Below, one piece after another: positions 1 to 13,697 of a stretch of DNA of 56,620 nt. Position 1 is the stretch's first letter. Every line of letters starts with the position of its first letter. The notes beneath the pieces are model-generated. The model saw nothing but the letters and a program-made list of their open reading frames with translations, had not been told where the DNA came from and ran no database searches. The translations under genes and the position numbers were made by a program. Origin of the DNA: Ramazzottius varieornatus (Eukaryota > Animalia > Tardigrada); assembly GCA_001949185.1 (NCBI GenBank), contig BDGG01000028.1, forward strand, positions 1 to 56,620, written 5' to 3'.

Positions 1-97
1 ATTTCGCTTAGCCGATGTGCTGCCTCGCTGGGGTGCATAAATGGTCCACTCTGATAAACTGAAGTGTAATATTTCCGTTTCAAGCCGATCCCACGCT

Positions 98-775
98 GGA
101 TCCCGGGTAGTTTACAGAGAGCTCTCAACGATATGAACAAGTTTGGGTGCGGTGAAATCGCGCGCTGGAACAATAGGATTTTTTTAATAGAATTATTGAC
201 CCTCCGGATCCGTGAGCGCCGTGTTGAATGGTTAGAACTAGTGGAGATTCCACGCACCGAGCGCGCACACCATGATTACTGGGGAATGGAGTCTGGGCGA
301 GCGCTGATACCGATCAACACTATCCGCACCACTTAGCGAATTTCACTCGTGTTCATTTCAATGTTGTGTTTAGTTTCAGTTCCAGACTGAAAAAATATCA
401 GTGTTTAGTTCAGTTTCAGTTTCAGTCTTAGTCTCGGGATTAGACTGAAACAACAGTCTAGCTCCTCGGACTGAAACTGAAAAGAAGGAGATCGATTCGT
501 CCAGGCAGAGAGAGACTAAAACTAAAGCGGGAAGGGTCTGACACCCCTACGTGGAGACTGAAACTGATTTGCGGTGGATATCGGTCTCGGTCTGAGGATC
601 CCGGGTAGTTTACAGAGAGCTCTCAACGATATGAACAAGTTTGGGTGCGGTGAAATCGCGCGCTGGAACAATAGGATTTTTTTAATAGAATTATTGACCC
701 TCCGGATCCGTGAGCGCCGTGTTGAATGGTTAGAACTAATGGAGATTCCACGCACCGAGCGCACAAACCATGATT
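98..775. repeat. ~180-bp direct duplication (98-277 and 596-775), with a further short match at 325-348 / 829-852
   Basis: Near-identical sequence starting GGATCCCGGGTAGTTTACAGAGAG in both copies at offset 498; explains the duplicated MNKFGCGE ORFs. Confidence 0.95.
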
Positions 776-865
776 TGTGTTGCTGTAGAGGGAAGCTGGC
801 CAAGCTCTGATGCAGCTTAACGCACATGCGCACCACTCAGCGAGTTTCACTCACATATAGCTGGA

Positions 866-922
866 TGCCATCACAAACTCGAAACTTGGCATGCCATCAA
901 AAACTCGAAACTTGGCATGCCA
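866..922. repeat. Short tandem repeat, ~25-bp unit x2.3
   Basis: ATGCCATCA(C/A)AAACTCGAAACTTGGC repeated in tandem. Confidence 0.85.
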
Positions 923-1582
923 TTCGCTACAAAAGTGCAAGGGGTGAAGTTAGGTGCCAATAGGAAACAGAACTCTTGCACCACGCCGCATCAGCAGAGC
1001 GCTCTGGTTTTAGATTTGGTTTTCTGTTGATTCAGTCAACCTGTTTACGTGTGTTTCTTTCTCTTTTGACTTGAGGATTTTTGCTCCCGTCAGATTTAGA
1101 TCTCGTTTTTGTACTGTGGAAGCTACAATAGGATGACACTGCGAAGAGTAGAGGAATACTGCGCAGAAGAAGCTGTTCAGTAGATATCATCAGGGTATAT
1201 CTAAACATCTGTAGGTTGTATGTTCTGATTCCTGTTGTTTCATGGAAAAATATTTGTCGGCCTGTTTTACTTTACCTACTTTCCCCATTTAGAAGATAAA
1301 GGGAACAATGTCTGATTTCTACACGATTTTGCTATACTGACATAATAGATTGCCCCGCACGAAGTGCTCAGTTTCTACTTTCTGGCCCTATACCAGTAAG
1401 CCTTCTGGGCCTTTCGCCTTTCAGCATAACCCTTTGACCCCTCAACCTTCTTGCCAGTAAAAGTCACCTTTTGGTCACGAGAATCACTTTTGGTCACCAA
1501 ACGTTTCAGCCATTAGACCTCTTAGCACTTAAACCTTTGTTGGCGGTGAACGCATTAGACATAAGGGTAACCAAGTTGTTGA

Positions 1583-1665
1583 CATCCCCACCACCATGAG
1601 CAACCTCGGCTCCTCAGCTCCTCACCACCAGGAGCACCATGAGGTTGCTCATGTGTGTGGGGATG
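1583..1665. repeat. Palindromic hairpin (~25-bp arms)
   Basis: CATCCCCACCACCATGAGCAACCTC ... GAGGTTGCTCATGTGTGTGGGGATG. Confidence 0.8.
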
Positions 1666-2502
1666 ACGCCGTTCCACCCCGGTTTTTTCCACCTTTTTCG
1701 GCCACAGCTGCATCTTAAAAAACACGGACAATCGAAGTGCGAAAACGAAAGCTAGATGATCCGAGGAGGGCCTCCAGTATTTCCCTTGGTAGAGAGACTA
1801 AATGCTGATGTTCCGTTCAGTTCGGTTTCAGTCCTCAGACTGAGACTGATATCCTTCCCAAATCAGTTTCAGTCCCGGGACTAAAACTGATACCTCTGAG
1901 TTATTTCACCACTCTGGCTTAGACTCGTTTAGAGAAAGGCCTTATTCACTCCAGTCGGACTGAACTGACATACTTCGGGGGTGAACTTTTAGCACTCCGG
2001 CGAGACTTGGGTCTAAATGTGGGACTGAAATTGGATACAACACTGATCTACTTGAGGAAATCAACTGTTTGGTCCGCGAAGGGGAGTTAGTCGGTTGTTC
2101 GTAGTTCGTACTACACTCGACTGTGCATGCGCCAGTAGCCGGCCAGCCAATTCTTCATGCTTTACAGCACGCAGCTCAAAGCATCTATCGCTCGTTTTTT
2201 CTTTCCAAGATATTTCTCATATGGTCCGCATTAACCCAAAACTTGTGGAGTTATCTCCGATTTTCTGCTACAGAGGCTGCGTTTACACTGTCTCCCACAA
2301 GTCTTTGCCCCCTGGCCGCTCTTCCAAAAATTTGTATCTTTCGATCTAGCGGTCTGATTTCAAAAACCTTCAACTATAACTGGTTGTAAACAGTTTGTTC
2401 TTTCGGATCAGGTGACTTTCCATGGACATAATCAGCAAACCATCTGGTACAGCCAACCTTGTCGACCTTCGAAACTAGCGTGTTTTTTAATCCTCCCAGT
2501 CT

Positions 2503-2878
2503 AGTCCGCCGGTAGCGAAACATGGAAGCTTCGTAATCTAAAAATATAACAAATATTCACCTACCAAGAAAAGAAGAAAGTAAGGCAACCGAAGGTTTCG
2601 TCGAGGAATGGTGCGCGGCGACCCGAGTACCGTCTCAGCTCGCGTTATGAATTGTAAAATTTTCAAGTGCCATGGTTTTGAACTGGTCCGGACAAACTTA
2701 TGTCAGATTGTTAGCCTTGAATATTCTGCGAAAGAAAAGGTTGAAATTTCCACATAATTCCGTGTTTTGCACAAGGTGTGAGCGAAACAGTACGTGGTTC
2801 AAAGACGATTTTTCCAGCTTGGTCTGTTCTCAGGTCGCTCAGCATCGGTCCTCAAACATGTTTCGCTACCGGCGGACT
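2503..2878. mobile_element. MITE-like element with a perfect 22-bp terminal inverted repeat
   Basis: AGTCCGCCGGTAGCGAAACATG (2503-2524) vs CATGTTTCGCTACCGGCGGACT (2857-2878); no clear TSD. Confidence 0.65.
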
Positions 2879-3515
2879 GGTCTGCGAGGATCTGATAACA
2901 GGCTGGTTTTGTGGGTCGGCAAAGTTGATCGTACCAGTTGATTTGTTGATCATGTCCGTGGAAAGTCACGTGGTTGAAAAGAACAAACTCTTTACAACAT
3001 TTACAGTTAAAAGTTCTGAAATCGGACTGCTGGAGCCAAACAGACGAGTGGCCCTGACCACTGGAGAGGCCGAGTGAGCGCGAGTACACTAGCCAGACGG
3101 TACGTTTATTCGACAACCACCTTGCAATACTCGGCTAGGCCGGGTTAGGTGCGGATGTCTTCACCCATGTAGGGGAAGACATCAGCGTGTTGCGCCCCCT
3201 GAAGATCGCTCTGGAGGATATTGTGTAATAGTACTACCTATTGTTTTCAGAGAGACTTCGTTAATAAAGCGTTATTGCATGGCAATTTTCTTAAAGTTTA
3301 ATCGTTACAACCACGAAACGCGTCAGGCACGGTTTTACGGGCCATTGAAGGTGATTTTATGTTGTAAAATTGTAAATACCGTTGACCATATTTGTAAAAA
3401 CTGGCACAAAGGGCTAGGGACGTTTTCACCCTTGTCAGAGCAGGAAACCTCAGACAACGGTGAATAAATTACGTATCTGCTCAAATTCAGATACTTACAG
3501 CGTCCTGCAGTAAAG

Positions 3516-6500
3516 TTATTGGCTGACTATCAAGTCTTGGATACGCTGGACCAGATCCCGTCCGATTTTTAGTATCGTCTTCCCGTCGTGCCGTTCCGCC
3601 ATTTCTGTGCGTCAAAAACACAGCAATCATTCACTCATATACATGCCACTCCACAAACATCGATGTGCGGCCTACCGTTGAAAAACTTGATGATATCCGT
3701 GAAATCCATGACGTTGTCCAAAATGATATCACGGTAACACTCCAGCATGGCTAAGGCCAGAAAGAGACCGAAATCAGCACTGGCTACTTTTGACGCCGCC
3801 CAAATGGACTCCCACACCACGAAAACGTCGTCATACACCAGCTCTACAAGCAACAAGGTTCAGAAACCAATTCCAGTATTTAGAAAAGTCATTCAGTGTA
3901 CCTCGTTTGAAATCCAACAGAAACCAGCGGTAGCAAAAATAAAAATGCGTGTAGTCGCCGTTACTCTTCATCATACTGAAGAGCTCCGGATCGAGCACCT
4001 GGATCAACGATCTCATGTTGGCGAAGTTTCGGTCCATGCCGCCACCGGCCAGCGGGAAGTTGGGACTGAGGCGCTTCATCAGTTCGACGAAGCAGCCATA
4101 GGCCATGACTTCATCATCGAAGATGACCAGTAAGGGCGCAGCAATGTCGCACATGCCTTGGACGTAGCCTTCCTTCAGGTTCTGCCAGACGTAAGTGTTC
4201 ATGATGTTGCGAAGCTTCTCCAGGTTCTTCTGTTGGGTGAAGTACCAGTAGTTCCGATCACAGCGGGCCACATCCTTATCGATCCGGTGGAGGTTCACAG
4301 CAAACTCCTCGATCAACTCATTCTGCAGAAATACAAAGCACGTCACTTCAGATGGAAAGATTAATTGCGGTAAAGTAGCTCATTGCATAACTCTGTCAGA
4401 TTTATTTCAAAAGCAGAAACAATCACGAAACTGAGAAAAGTTAGAAAAGAACTTTTGCTATGTTCGTCTGGCTGAGTAGAAAAATGGCGAAATTTGTCGT
4501 CAGCGTCGACCTTGCTCGTCGCACTGTAGGCGCACTGATCAAGATTAACTTTTCTGAAGGACCGAACACCACTGGGTTTTAAGTTTCAAAAACGGTTCGA
4601 CTGATCCACGGAATGGTAACCGATCAGTTTTTCTGCATACGCAGTGGACGGTGATGTCATAGTTATGACTTGGCTTACCGCAAAGATTCCGCCGATACTG
4701 GAGGCAGGCGACGGACATTCGCTGTCCCTGCTCATGTCCTCACCCAAGCAACCCGCCGACGAGACATGCTGCATCCTCTCACCGACATCATGCCCTCGTT
4801 CACCACCACCCTGAAAGACTTCCACGACTGGCACTGCCGTTTCACCAGTACCGCTCCCACTTCCTTTCCCATCCACCCCATTGGGACTCAATGTCCAGTC
4901 CGACGGTGTCTCACTGGGACTGATACTAATCACGTCATCCTCAAACACCTGCATACAGCAAGACCCAATGTTGACTGTAGCCTGAAGTAGCCAGGAAGAG
5001 GCCACTTACATCGTTATTCAACGATGCATCTTTGCCGACCAGCGGAATTTCTCCCGAATGCTGATTGGTCATACGACAATTGGCCAAGCTAGCCGCAAAA
5101 GCTTCCTTGTCTTTCTGCCGAATGATGGCTTCGACGGCCATCCATTCGGACATGCTATCCTCATACTTGACTCGCTGTGCTTGATCCAGTGCTTGACGTT
5201 CGGCTGCGGTTGAGTTCCACGGGTGGTATTGCAGGAGACATGGCCAGACTTCTTTGCGCAGCGACGGTTCGACACCACCGAAGTAGACCAGCCGACATAG
5301 CTCAATGTCGGATGGGTGATAGGTGGCGGCGCGGAAGGCCGACCAGATAGCTAAAGTCAGGCCTTTCGATGCATCGACGGGCTGGTCGATAGTCTGAAGA
5401 TGTGGGACGACAAGACCGGAGAGGTGGCGGCGAACTGTCCGCAGGTGGCGACAATGAGCAACCCCTGAAGTTAATTAGACAACAGCCCAACTCTTGTTTG
5501 ATATTTGGTTCATATCGATATTTTCCAGGAATGTTGTCTTCGTACTTACAGCCATAAAACGCTCGAGTCAGTATTTGTCGTTTCATAGTATCACATGCTT
5601 TCTGCATTGAACCTCTGTAAAAACAACGCAGTCATGTGTCACTTTCCGGTTCGTTCGTGAAAAACCTTGTTAAAGCCCGCGACGCAACAGCTACACGATG
5701 AAATTTTCGGCGATTAATTCAAAATACACAAACTTGTCCGCCTGTCTTATTCACAGCACATTTTGAATCACCAGTTGAACTGTCCAGATATATGACGTTT
5801 TTTTAAGCATACCATAATACTACCCTTCGTAAAAGCCGAACCTTGACAGGAACATGTAGACCCGACAAGTAAGAAACTGACCTGGAATCAGCCAGATCGT
5901 CAGCCACGGGATCAATTTGCTCGAAATCGAACATATTGGGCGACTCCGGCGGCAAGCTATTGATAGTGCTGTTGCTGGATGAATTGTGGTCAGAATGGAC
6001 CAGACGTAAGGGATGCTCCGGCTGCAGCAACAAGTCCATCTCTGCAAAGACAATCTAGTTGTCCAACTGTCGTTATCCCTGACCATTCAGAAACGACCGC
6101 CATGATGAGTTGTACTTACTGCTAATGGTAAGCTCGGGCATGTCGCAGACAACGCGGAAGACGTAGTCGTAACTGGTGGCTTCCGGCTCAGTGTGTGTCT
6201 GGACAGACTTGCGCTTGAGCGGAGGGAAGATCTTGCCGACACCGGACTCAAAGAAAAGTGGAGGGTCCAGCTGGCCGGTACCGCTAACTTCCAGACCGGT
6301 CTCCAGACAGGAAAGGAAAGCTAAAAGATGACCACCGGGTGGGAACTGTAGCGGTGGGTACTGGATACCGTCTTGACCCACCAAGACGAGTGACCCACTG
6401 TTGTCATCTACCAAGCATAACAACACCACATGAAGACCGGCAACGTCCGCTTGTATCCTGTGTACAGTAGAAATACAGAGACGACCACCGGGTAGGAACT

Positions 6501-9500
6501 GTAGCGGTGGGTACACCGCTTCCCACCCGGGAGTCAGCTCGAAATTAATAGACTGCTAAGAAGCATGTGCGATTGGGAATGTGGGTATAATGCAGACAAA
6601 ACGTGCTGGAAGCTGTGCTCTTCACACGCATGTGTAGTGTGATGGCTTTGACAAAGTACCAGTGGACTACCTGCTGGCACAAATACTCTGCCTGACGAAC
6701 TCTGATTACACCTTTTTGCTCCAGCAGATGTCTACAGAAAGGTAATGTGTGTGAGGTTGCCACCTATCCTCACAAGGAACGCACTTCGTGCTGAACTTTC
6801 TCTCTGTAGCACGAGAAAACGTTAATATGAAAGGCTTCCGCTTACACACTCTGCGTACGACCATCCTCTTTGTGTATACAATCACTCAGTTTTATTCACT
6901 TCCCAGTTTTAGCTTTTGGTCTTTCGGGTCTGGGTCTTTTTGTTTGCGTGTACCTCGATCTTCTCACCAAAGCAACACTAATGACCAGCGGTCAGCAAAA
7001 CCCCAGCACGCTGGAAATTTTTTCTACGGTTTCGGGTGGTTTTGGTGAAATTTGGTGTTTCGTCTCTTCGCGCGAGACACGTGCACGGTATTCGCTTAGA
7101 AAACAACTGGAGCACTGGGGACAGTCTTAGCTATAGAAGCCGAGCCTGGGATACATTTTTAGTCATCAGTGCGGTCAGAAGAAACTCAAGACGACCAGTT
7201 CTCCCTTTTGAGATTTGGCGTTCATGGCCTGCCAATTATCCGAATTTTGAACTTTCGAAAATTGCCTATTGGTTGGACCAGCCTCCGCAACACAGTACCA
7301 GCCAATAAAATTCCTGTATACACAAAGAGGACGGTAGTATTCTGCAAACATGAAAACGACCGTGCTGAAAGTGTTAATACTCACGTTGGTGGTGGCAGTG
7401 AATGTAGACAATGGTGGGTACGAGGATGCACATGGCAAAATCCCAGCACTGGCTCCTCTCTACCACCATCTCAAAGGACTCATCGGCTGGAGTGTTCATC
7501 AGCTGATTGGGTGTCCATTTGATGATCAAGACACCCTCCGGGTTTTGGTGCAAGGAGAGGTAACCTTGCATGGCGGCCACACTACAAAGCAAACCAACGA
7601 TGACCACCCGCGTTATTCACTGAGGTCGTATAACCTTACCTGTCGCGTGGTCGCATCATGACATTGTTCTTGCCATAGAGCAATGTCGACTTGCTGTTCT
7701 GATGCAGCGACTCAACGTAGTCCTTGGCGGCTCCCCGGGGTAGCTCGTCGGAGCTGGTGCTGCTACAGGCCTGTCGGTGCTTGGTCTTCAGTCCGAAACA
7801 CTTGGGTGACTGCAGACTACCGTTGGATAGTTGGTACTGGACGGCTGAGCCGTGGATACGGTGACGAAGAACCAGCTCGTCGGCTGAAGGGTCCGTCCAC
7901 AGGTGGTCGGGTGTCTTCATACGCGAGAAATCCAACGCACACGGTCCCACTGAAAAACGTCGTACATACTCTTACTGGCTTGACCAGCACAGAATTGAAA
8001 AGAAGAATATATCAAAGTACAATAGGGAGGGGAGCGGTAGCGGGGTAACTTTTCCAAAAAACTCATATTTTGGCCAGCCATAGAGAACGCCGCAGAGAAT
8101 TGAGACAGTACTTTCTGAATGTCGTCCGGCCAAACGAAAAAAATTTCCAGGGCCAAAGACTTGGCTAGCGACTGTCCCCAATTGATGTAGCCGAAAACGG
8201 CTGATAATTTTTGTTTAGTTTGGAATAATCTGTGCTGTACGTCCAAAAGGTCTACCAAGTAAGGAAGCGATAAGTTGTCCAGAGCCATCATCTCGGTCTC
8301 CAATGAGCGATTCGGGTGAGTAGTAGTGTTCCGCGTTGGCTACCAAGTAGTCGACAATCTTGTCGAGGACCTTCTCCAGTAACGCGATGCGTATCCAGAG
8401 ATACTTGTGCGTGATGAGCGAACCGGGAATTTTCTTGAGTGGCGGCGCCGGCACCGACTTGCTGCCCTTCCTCGAGTCAAATATTCCCCTCCTAACAGAG
8501 AACACCCCCCTTTGAGATGGTCCCATTTTATTTTCGGTTTGAATTTTGTTCGATTAGAGTTTCCACGGTTATTGAGCAATCTGAATTTCTGCAGCAATTC
8601 GCGTCTCTTTTGTGACCCGGGCTGAATTTACACTCAAGAGATTTTCCCGGGGTGATGTGTGAGTTTATACGTACTTGCTGCCGAAAGACGTCATGCTGAC
8701 AAGTGGTTCAAAGTCATACAGCATCCTTCTGACAGTTTCCGCTTCCTCGCAATGCTTGGAAATCTTCTGCAGAAGAGCGGCAGTGCTGGAGGCTGTTTTG
8801 AAGAGCCCAAGCGTCCTTCGTTTCAGTCCATATGCTAGGCACGCCTCAACAGCCGCTAAAAGGGAAACGACAAACAGTAGGAGAACAATTAGTTTGATGG
8901 GTTTGTCACAACGAACTCTTCCACGGGATTACCGGCTGAAAGAAAACATGGGTTTGGCTGCCATGTTTACGGCTTACGTACCACAAAGCGATGTGATCGA
9001 CGAACTGTCTTCACTGATGTACTTCCGGGTGACGGCTTCCTCCATAATCTGCTTCACCTATAACACGAATATCCAGCTGCCGTGACCGTCACGCCCTCTT
9101 TTCGTTTCCGAATTGATTAACTTTATATTTCCCAGTTCCAAGTGGCGCACCTGTTCACTGATACTGGCCGGAAGCGTGCGGCATTGGGAGTAACAAGTTT
9201 GTTGAAGTTGTTCGCCGAGGTCTCGAGCGAGTTCCCTCGTCAGAATTGAGAATAGTTTTCTTAGTCTTCTTGAAGACTTCTTGATGTATTTTAAACATTG
9301 TTTCAAGCAAGAAAACGGCTTCCGCGTTTTCATTTCGATATCAGAGATTTCAGAGTCGTAATGGAGTCGGAAAAATCGATCAGAATTTCATTACAAGGCT
9401 GCTTTGTGCACGATAATTTGGAGAAGCTGTCTGGACTGGTAACCGTCAAGCGGAAATTACGTGATCGCCACTGAAGCTTGACTTCAATGCTAAGCTAACC

Positions 9501-9841
9501 AATCGATCGATCGCCAGCTGACAGCCCAAAATCCAAAATCACGGAGAAAAAGCTTCACTTTCCATATGGTGGACTTTCAGGTTTTACCGAAAGCCTAAAA
9601 AATCCATCAGGAAGAGTGCACCCACCTCTTTCTTTAGACATCTCATCAGCTTGTCCTTGGTATCAGCATCTGCAAATCGAGAAACAATTTGGAAAAACTA
9701 GAGGGGTATAAAATTAGCATTTTACAAGCGGTACTTACTGTCAACGTCAATTTCCAAATTACCGGCTTCTCCCGTTCGGCGTTCTTTCAGGGACGGCACC
9801 GATTCAAAAATGGACAACCGACGGAAAACAGCGGTCGCCAT
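3516..9841 (-). CDS. SGSM2: Small G protein signaling modulator 1/2 homolog (RUN + TBC RabGAP), multi-exon
   Basis: Spliced N-terminus MATAVFRR...[10 protein letters not shown]|[12 protein letters not shown] (RUN). Also [23 protein letters not shown] motifs [10 protein letters not shown] and [22 protein letters not shown], and C-terminus EMAERHDGK...IQDLIVSQ* (TAA 3516-3518). SGSM1 vs SGSM2 cannot be resolved. Confidence 0.93.
9139..9187. repeat. TGGCGCA-palindrome family core (SGSM intron)
   Basis: CAAGTGGCGCA-N27-TGCGGCATTGG. Confidence 0.75.
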
Positions 9842-10658
9842 CTTTTCAAAATTCTACTGTATTCGAAACACGGAAGTCTCAATGAAAACTCCGACAGCTG
9901 GAATAAAGAGAGTTCTCACGTTTCAGAATGCCTGCAGACAAGTCTTCTATTCCACCACTTACCCCGACCGCGGCATCTGCATTGCAGATGAGTCTCACTA
10001 ATAAGCACACAACAAAGAAAGTGTAAAGTGAGGAATGATGATGTGCTGTGGACGACTTGCCAATCCTGTTGAATACGCTAGCTAGGTTTATAGCACAATT
10101 TGCCATGCGGGATAGAGGGCTATTCCGGGAAAACTTTACCGTCTGTGGAAGCTGAGAGGTACTCCGGTCTATCCGTGGGAAGGGCTACCAAACGATCCAT
10201 GCACCGATGTGGCCTTGTCTCGCTCTTGCCGACGGTGATTTTACAGGGAATGTGTAACAGGAGTATGTACGAGTGTTAATGTTACCGATCGATAACATCC
10301 CTAATTTCTTCCACCCTCCTGTCAAGGTCTTCCGGTTGCTTTCCACTTCCGCTCCGCACAGTTCGCTGAAACTTGGTAAAACAACAAAATCAACTGCCAC
10401 GTGGGAGATCGCATTTGCCGTAATCTATAAAAGTACCACGTGGCCAGCGTACAAGAACACACGGCCACCTGACTTTTCCGCGCAACGTGTTGAGTGTTGA
10501 CTGAGTCTTAACGATTGATTGAGGCGATCGACTCTTTGAGTAAGTTTTCGAAATTTCTCTCACATTTTGACTCTTTGGGAAGACTTTCTTTCTCTCCGCG
10601 AACGTGCCCGCGTTGGAACTTATTATTGTGCCTGTCGCGGAGGAAGACGACAGCAACG

Positions 10659-13453
10659 ATGGTGCACATCGACAGAAACGTTATCAACTTCTTGACATTC
10701 AAGGAGCGAGCGAGGAAGGATTTGTTGAAATGCATCGACGACTGTCCCGGCACGAAGGTTCGGAAAATATTCCTGCAAAAATCAGTTCGCTTTTTTTTAT
10801 ATTCTGAGAACGCTGATTTACAGGCGTTAGTGTGGGACGATTACCTGATCGGCCCATTTAGCCAGCTGGCAGACTACAGCGTCCTGCAAGACCATCAAGT
10901 CACTCGAATGTTCACGCTCGCCAAATCCGAATTCCCGTCTAACATGGATTTCACCAGCATGATTTTCCTCGTCCGTGCGGAACTAAAGATTGTCAAAAGG
11001 ATAGCCAAATTCCTGTCCAAGTACGGAGACATATTGGTGATTGGTGAACCGGTAGCACCCAGAAATAAAACGGAAACATGAAAATTACGAATTTTATTTT
11101 GATTCTAAATGTTGACCGTACGGCGTGCCGCTACCACATGGCACGCCATACGACCCTGTTCACTTGCAGTCTGCCGCCGAATTCCTATTGTCTCAGCATT
11201 TTGTTATCTTCCGCAGGGCGGCTTCCGTAAAGAAAGCTTCTCTTCCAAAGATTTACGTCTGCTTCGTTCCGGCCATCAGCAGCGTCTGCCAGAAAGCCCT
11301 TATCGAGAACTTACCGGCTGCCGCACAGCTCGTACACGAGTTTCGGGCATGTCCGGTTGGTGCAATCCCGCTCGAGACCGATGTCATGTCCCTCGAGCAC
11401 GAGAACTCCTTCCGAGGACTGTTCCTCGAAGAAGACCCGTCTTGCCTTCACCATTTAACTATTGCTATTAAAGACATACAGAAAGTCCATGGCGTTATTC
11501 CAAACATTTACGGCAAGGGAAAATACGCAAAGGTAAATTTTCAGTTAGAGTATGCAGGCTCGTGCACTGACGGTTTTTGCATACGTGTTATCGAGACATG
11601 GACCTGCATACATGGTGTGCCGCATATGCATACACTTTTCGTGTGCTTAATGGTTTGACGGAGCGTATGCTGGTTTGACTTATCCTTTTCTTTTTGCAGC
11701 AACTAATTGACATGGTAGTGAAGCACGGCAAGGACGCTCCCAACTCTGAATGGAACATTGCTTGTCGCTTCGATAACCTGTTCATCATCGATAGGACCGT
11801 CGATCTAATCACGATAATGCCGACGCAGCTGACGTACGAAGGCCTGATTGACGAGTGCTTTGGCATCCATCAGGCCACTGTGCGCCTACCGGCTGACAAG
11901 TTCCCAAATATGGGCACCTCGTCAAAGAACCCTGATCAGTCGGAGAGCGGCAGAAAGGACGCACCGGAGAAGAAAATCATCCTCAACTCTAGCGACGAAC
12001 TCTTCACCGAGATCCGCGACCTCAACTTCAGCGCTGTCGGACCGGTCTTCTCCGGCAAGGCCAAGTTCCTCAACGCTAAACTCGGCGTAAGAAAACAAAA
12101 AGATCAAAATAAAGCATTCGCCCACATGATACACAGTGTCAAATTCAGACATGAGAAAAAACCATAGACTAAAATGTAAGCTCGAAAAGCAAATTCAGTC
12201 ACATCGTTTTGCTAAGTTGCTTCCAGCCGATAACAGTGGGTACGTGGGCCACTTGGGAGATCGATAAGATGGTTCAAGTGGCGCACACCTTCAGCTGGCG
12301 CTACTGAAAGTGTGCGCTACTTGCGCAAGCGATCTGGACGAGCTAGTTTTTCGAGCTCAAAATCATGGCAAATGAATTTTGATTGTTTGAATTCCACAGG
12401 AGAGATTCAGTGCGAAAGAAGTCGCCGAGATGAAAGAGTTCGTGGCCAAGATGCCTCACCTTCTTTCCCTCAAGCAGTCCCTGACCACGTTCATGACAGT
12501 AGCCGAATTGATAAAGCCCTTCGTGAACAACGACAATTTCCTCGAGTCTCTGGAAGTCCAACAAGGCTTCTTGTCCGGTCAGGACGCCGACAAGGTCCAC
12601 CCGTACATCGAGCAGCTGATTGCCCAGTGTGAACCTTTCGATCAAGTCATCCGGCTGATCGTCTTGCAGTCCGAAGTTAACGGTGGACTGAAGCAGCCAG
12701 TGCTTGCCCACTACAAACGCGACATAATCCACTCGTACGGGTTCGAAGAGATTGTCTCGTTGAACAACATGGAGAAAGCTGGGTTGTTCAGAACAGCGAA
12801 CAAGAAATGGTTCCGAATGGCGAGGGACGCGTTGAAACTCTTCGTCGAACATTCCGACAGTTCGGTACGTCCATCCTCGTTTCATCTCTTCCTGCTCGGA
12901 AAATTCCATTCTTTCTCCTTTACAGGCTAGCAAAGACATCTCCTACATCTTCAGCGGGTACGCACCTTTGAGTGTCCGGCTAGCGAAACATCTCGTCTTT
13001 CCTGGTTGGAGAACCATCAGCGACCTACTGGAAGTTATTCCTGGAGAAAAGATAGAAGCCAAACAGAAAATACCCGAACATTTGCGGAAACGAAGTGAGT
13101 TAATGTTTTCTGAATTTCATTTTGAGAATTTTGTTCGCGATTTATTTCAAATGATGTTAGGGAATTCCATTTCTTCCTCGGTGTCCTCGGCGGGTGAGGA
13201 GCCAGCAGTAGTTAGCCTCGTCGTCTATATCGGAGGTGTTACCTACGCTGAAGTATCTGCTTTGCGTCACCTGTCCAACCAAGAACACAGTGAGCCGAAA
13301 TTTTTCTCGGTACGGTAGCTTATGCACATGCTTCTCACTAAGATCTGATTTATTCCAGCATCTTCCATATTTTACGTGCTGACCACGGAAATGCTCAGCG
13401 GTACTGCGCTCATCAAGTCCTTGAAAGAGACCATGAAGACTACCGTATTTTAG
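10659..13453 (+). CDS. VPS33A: Vacuolar protein sorting 33A (Sec1/Munc18 family, HOPS/CORVET), multi-exon
   Basis: ALVWDDYLIGPFSQLADYSVL, IIDRTVDLITIMPTQLTYEGLIDECFGI, LNSSDELFTEIRDLNF, DISYIFSGYAPLSVRL, VYIGGVTYAEVSALR; TAG at 13451-13453. Confidence 0.93.
12243..12340. repeat. TGGCGCA-palindrome family: core 12275-12323 plus a preceding partial unit (VPS33 intron)
   Basis: CAAGTGGCGCA-N27-TGCGCTACTTG followed by GCGATCTGG. Confidence 0.85.
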
Positions 13454-13697
13454 TTTTGTATCTGCACTCGTCAGCAGCCAACAAGCGATTTTTGACAAAA
13501 CTTCCCATGTGACCAAACAACATTTCCCGGTTTCCCATTAGTTTTATAATTTATTCTATCTCACACCGGCACTTTTGCATGTTTGAATTATCCGAAGTCA
13601 TCAAAGCTAATCAGGAGAGCTTTCCTCAGTGACTCTCGGAGAATACCAAAAGAGAACAGTTACAGGTAGGGATGAGCTATTTGGATTGATAGATCAA

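Larger units (their letters stand above)
359..2045. mobile_element. Degenerate non-autonomous DNA transposon / foldback-like element with long imperfect inverted ends and nested repeats
   Basis: Left end CAATGTTGTGTTTAGTTTCAGTTCC (359) matches the reverse complement of the right end GGGACTGAAATTGGATACAACACTG (2045). A subterminal ~43-bp inverted match lies at ~556-598 vs ~1832-1874. Both ends are rich in ACTGAA/TTCAGT subrepeats. No clear TSD. Confidence 0.55.

Noticed and set aside
133-850. Duplicated ORFs MNKFGCGE...
   Set aside because: They arise from the DNA duplication and show no protein-family signal.
6870-7130. Ty3/gypsy connection-like ([17 protein letters not shown]) or protease-like (LLTAGH) fragments in the SGSM intron
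   Set aside because: These are short motifs in stop-ridden frames with no supporting flanking homology.
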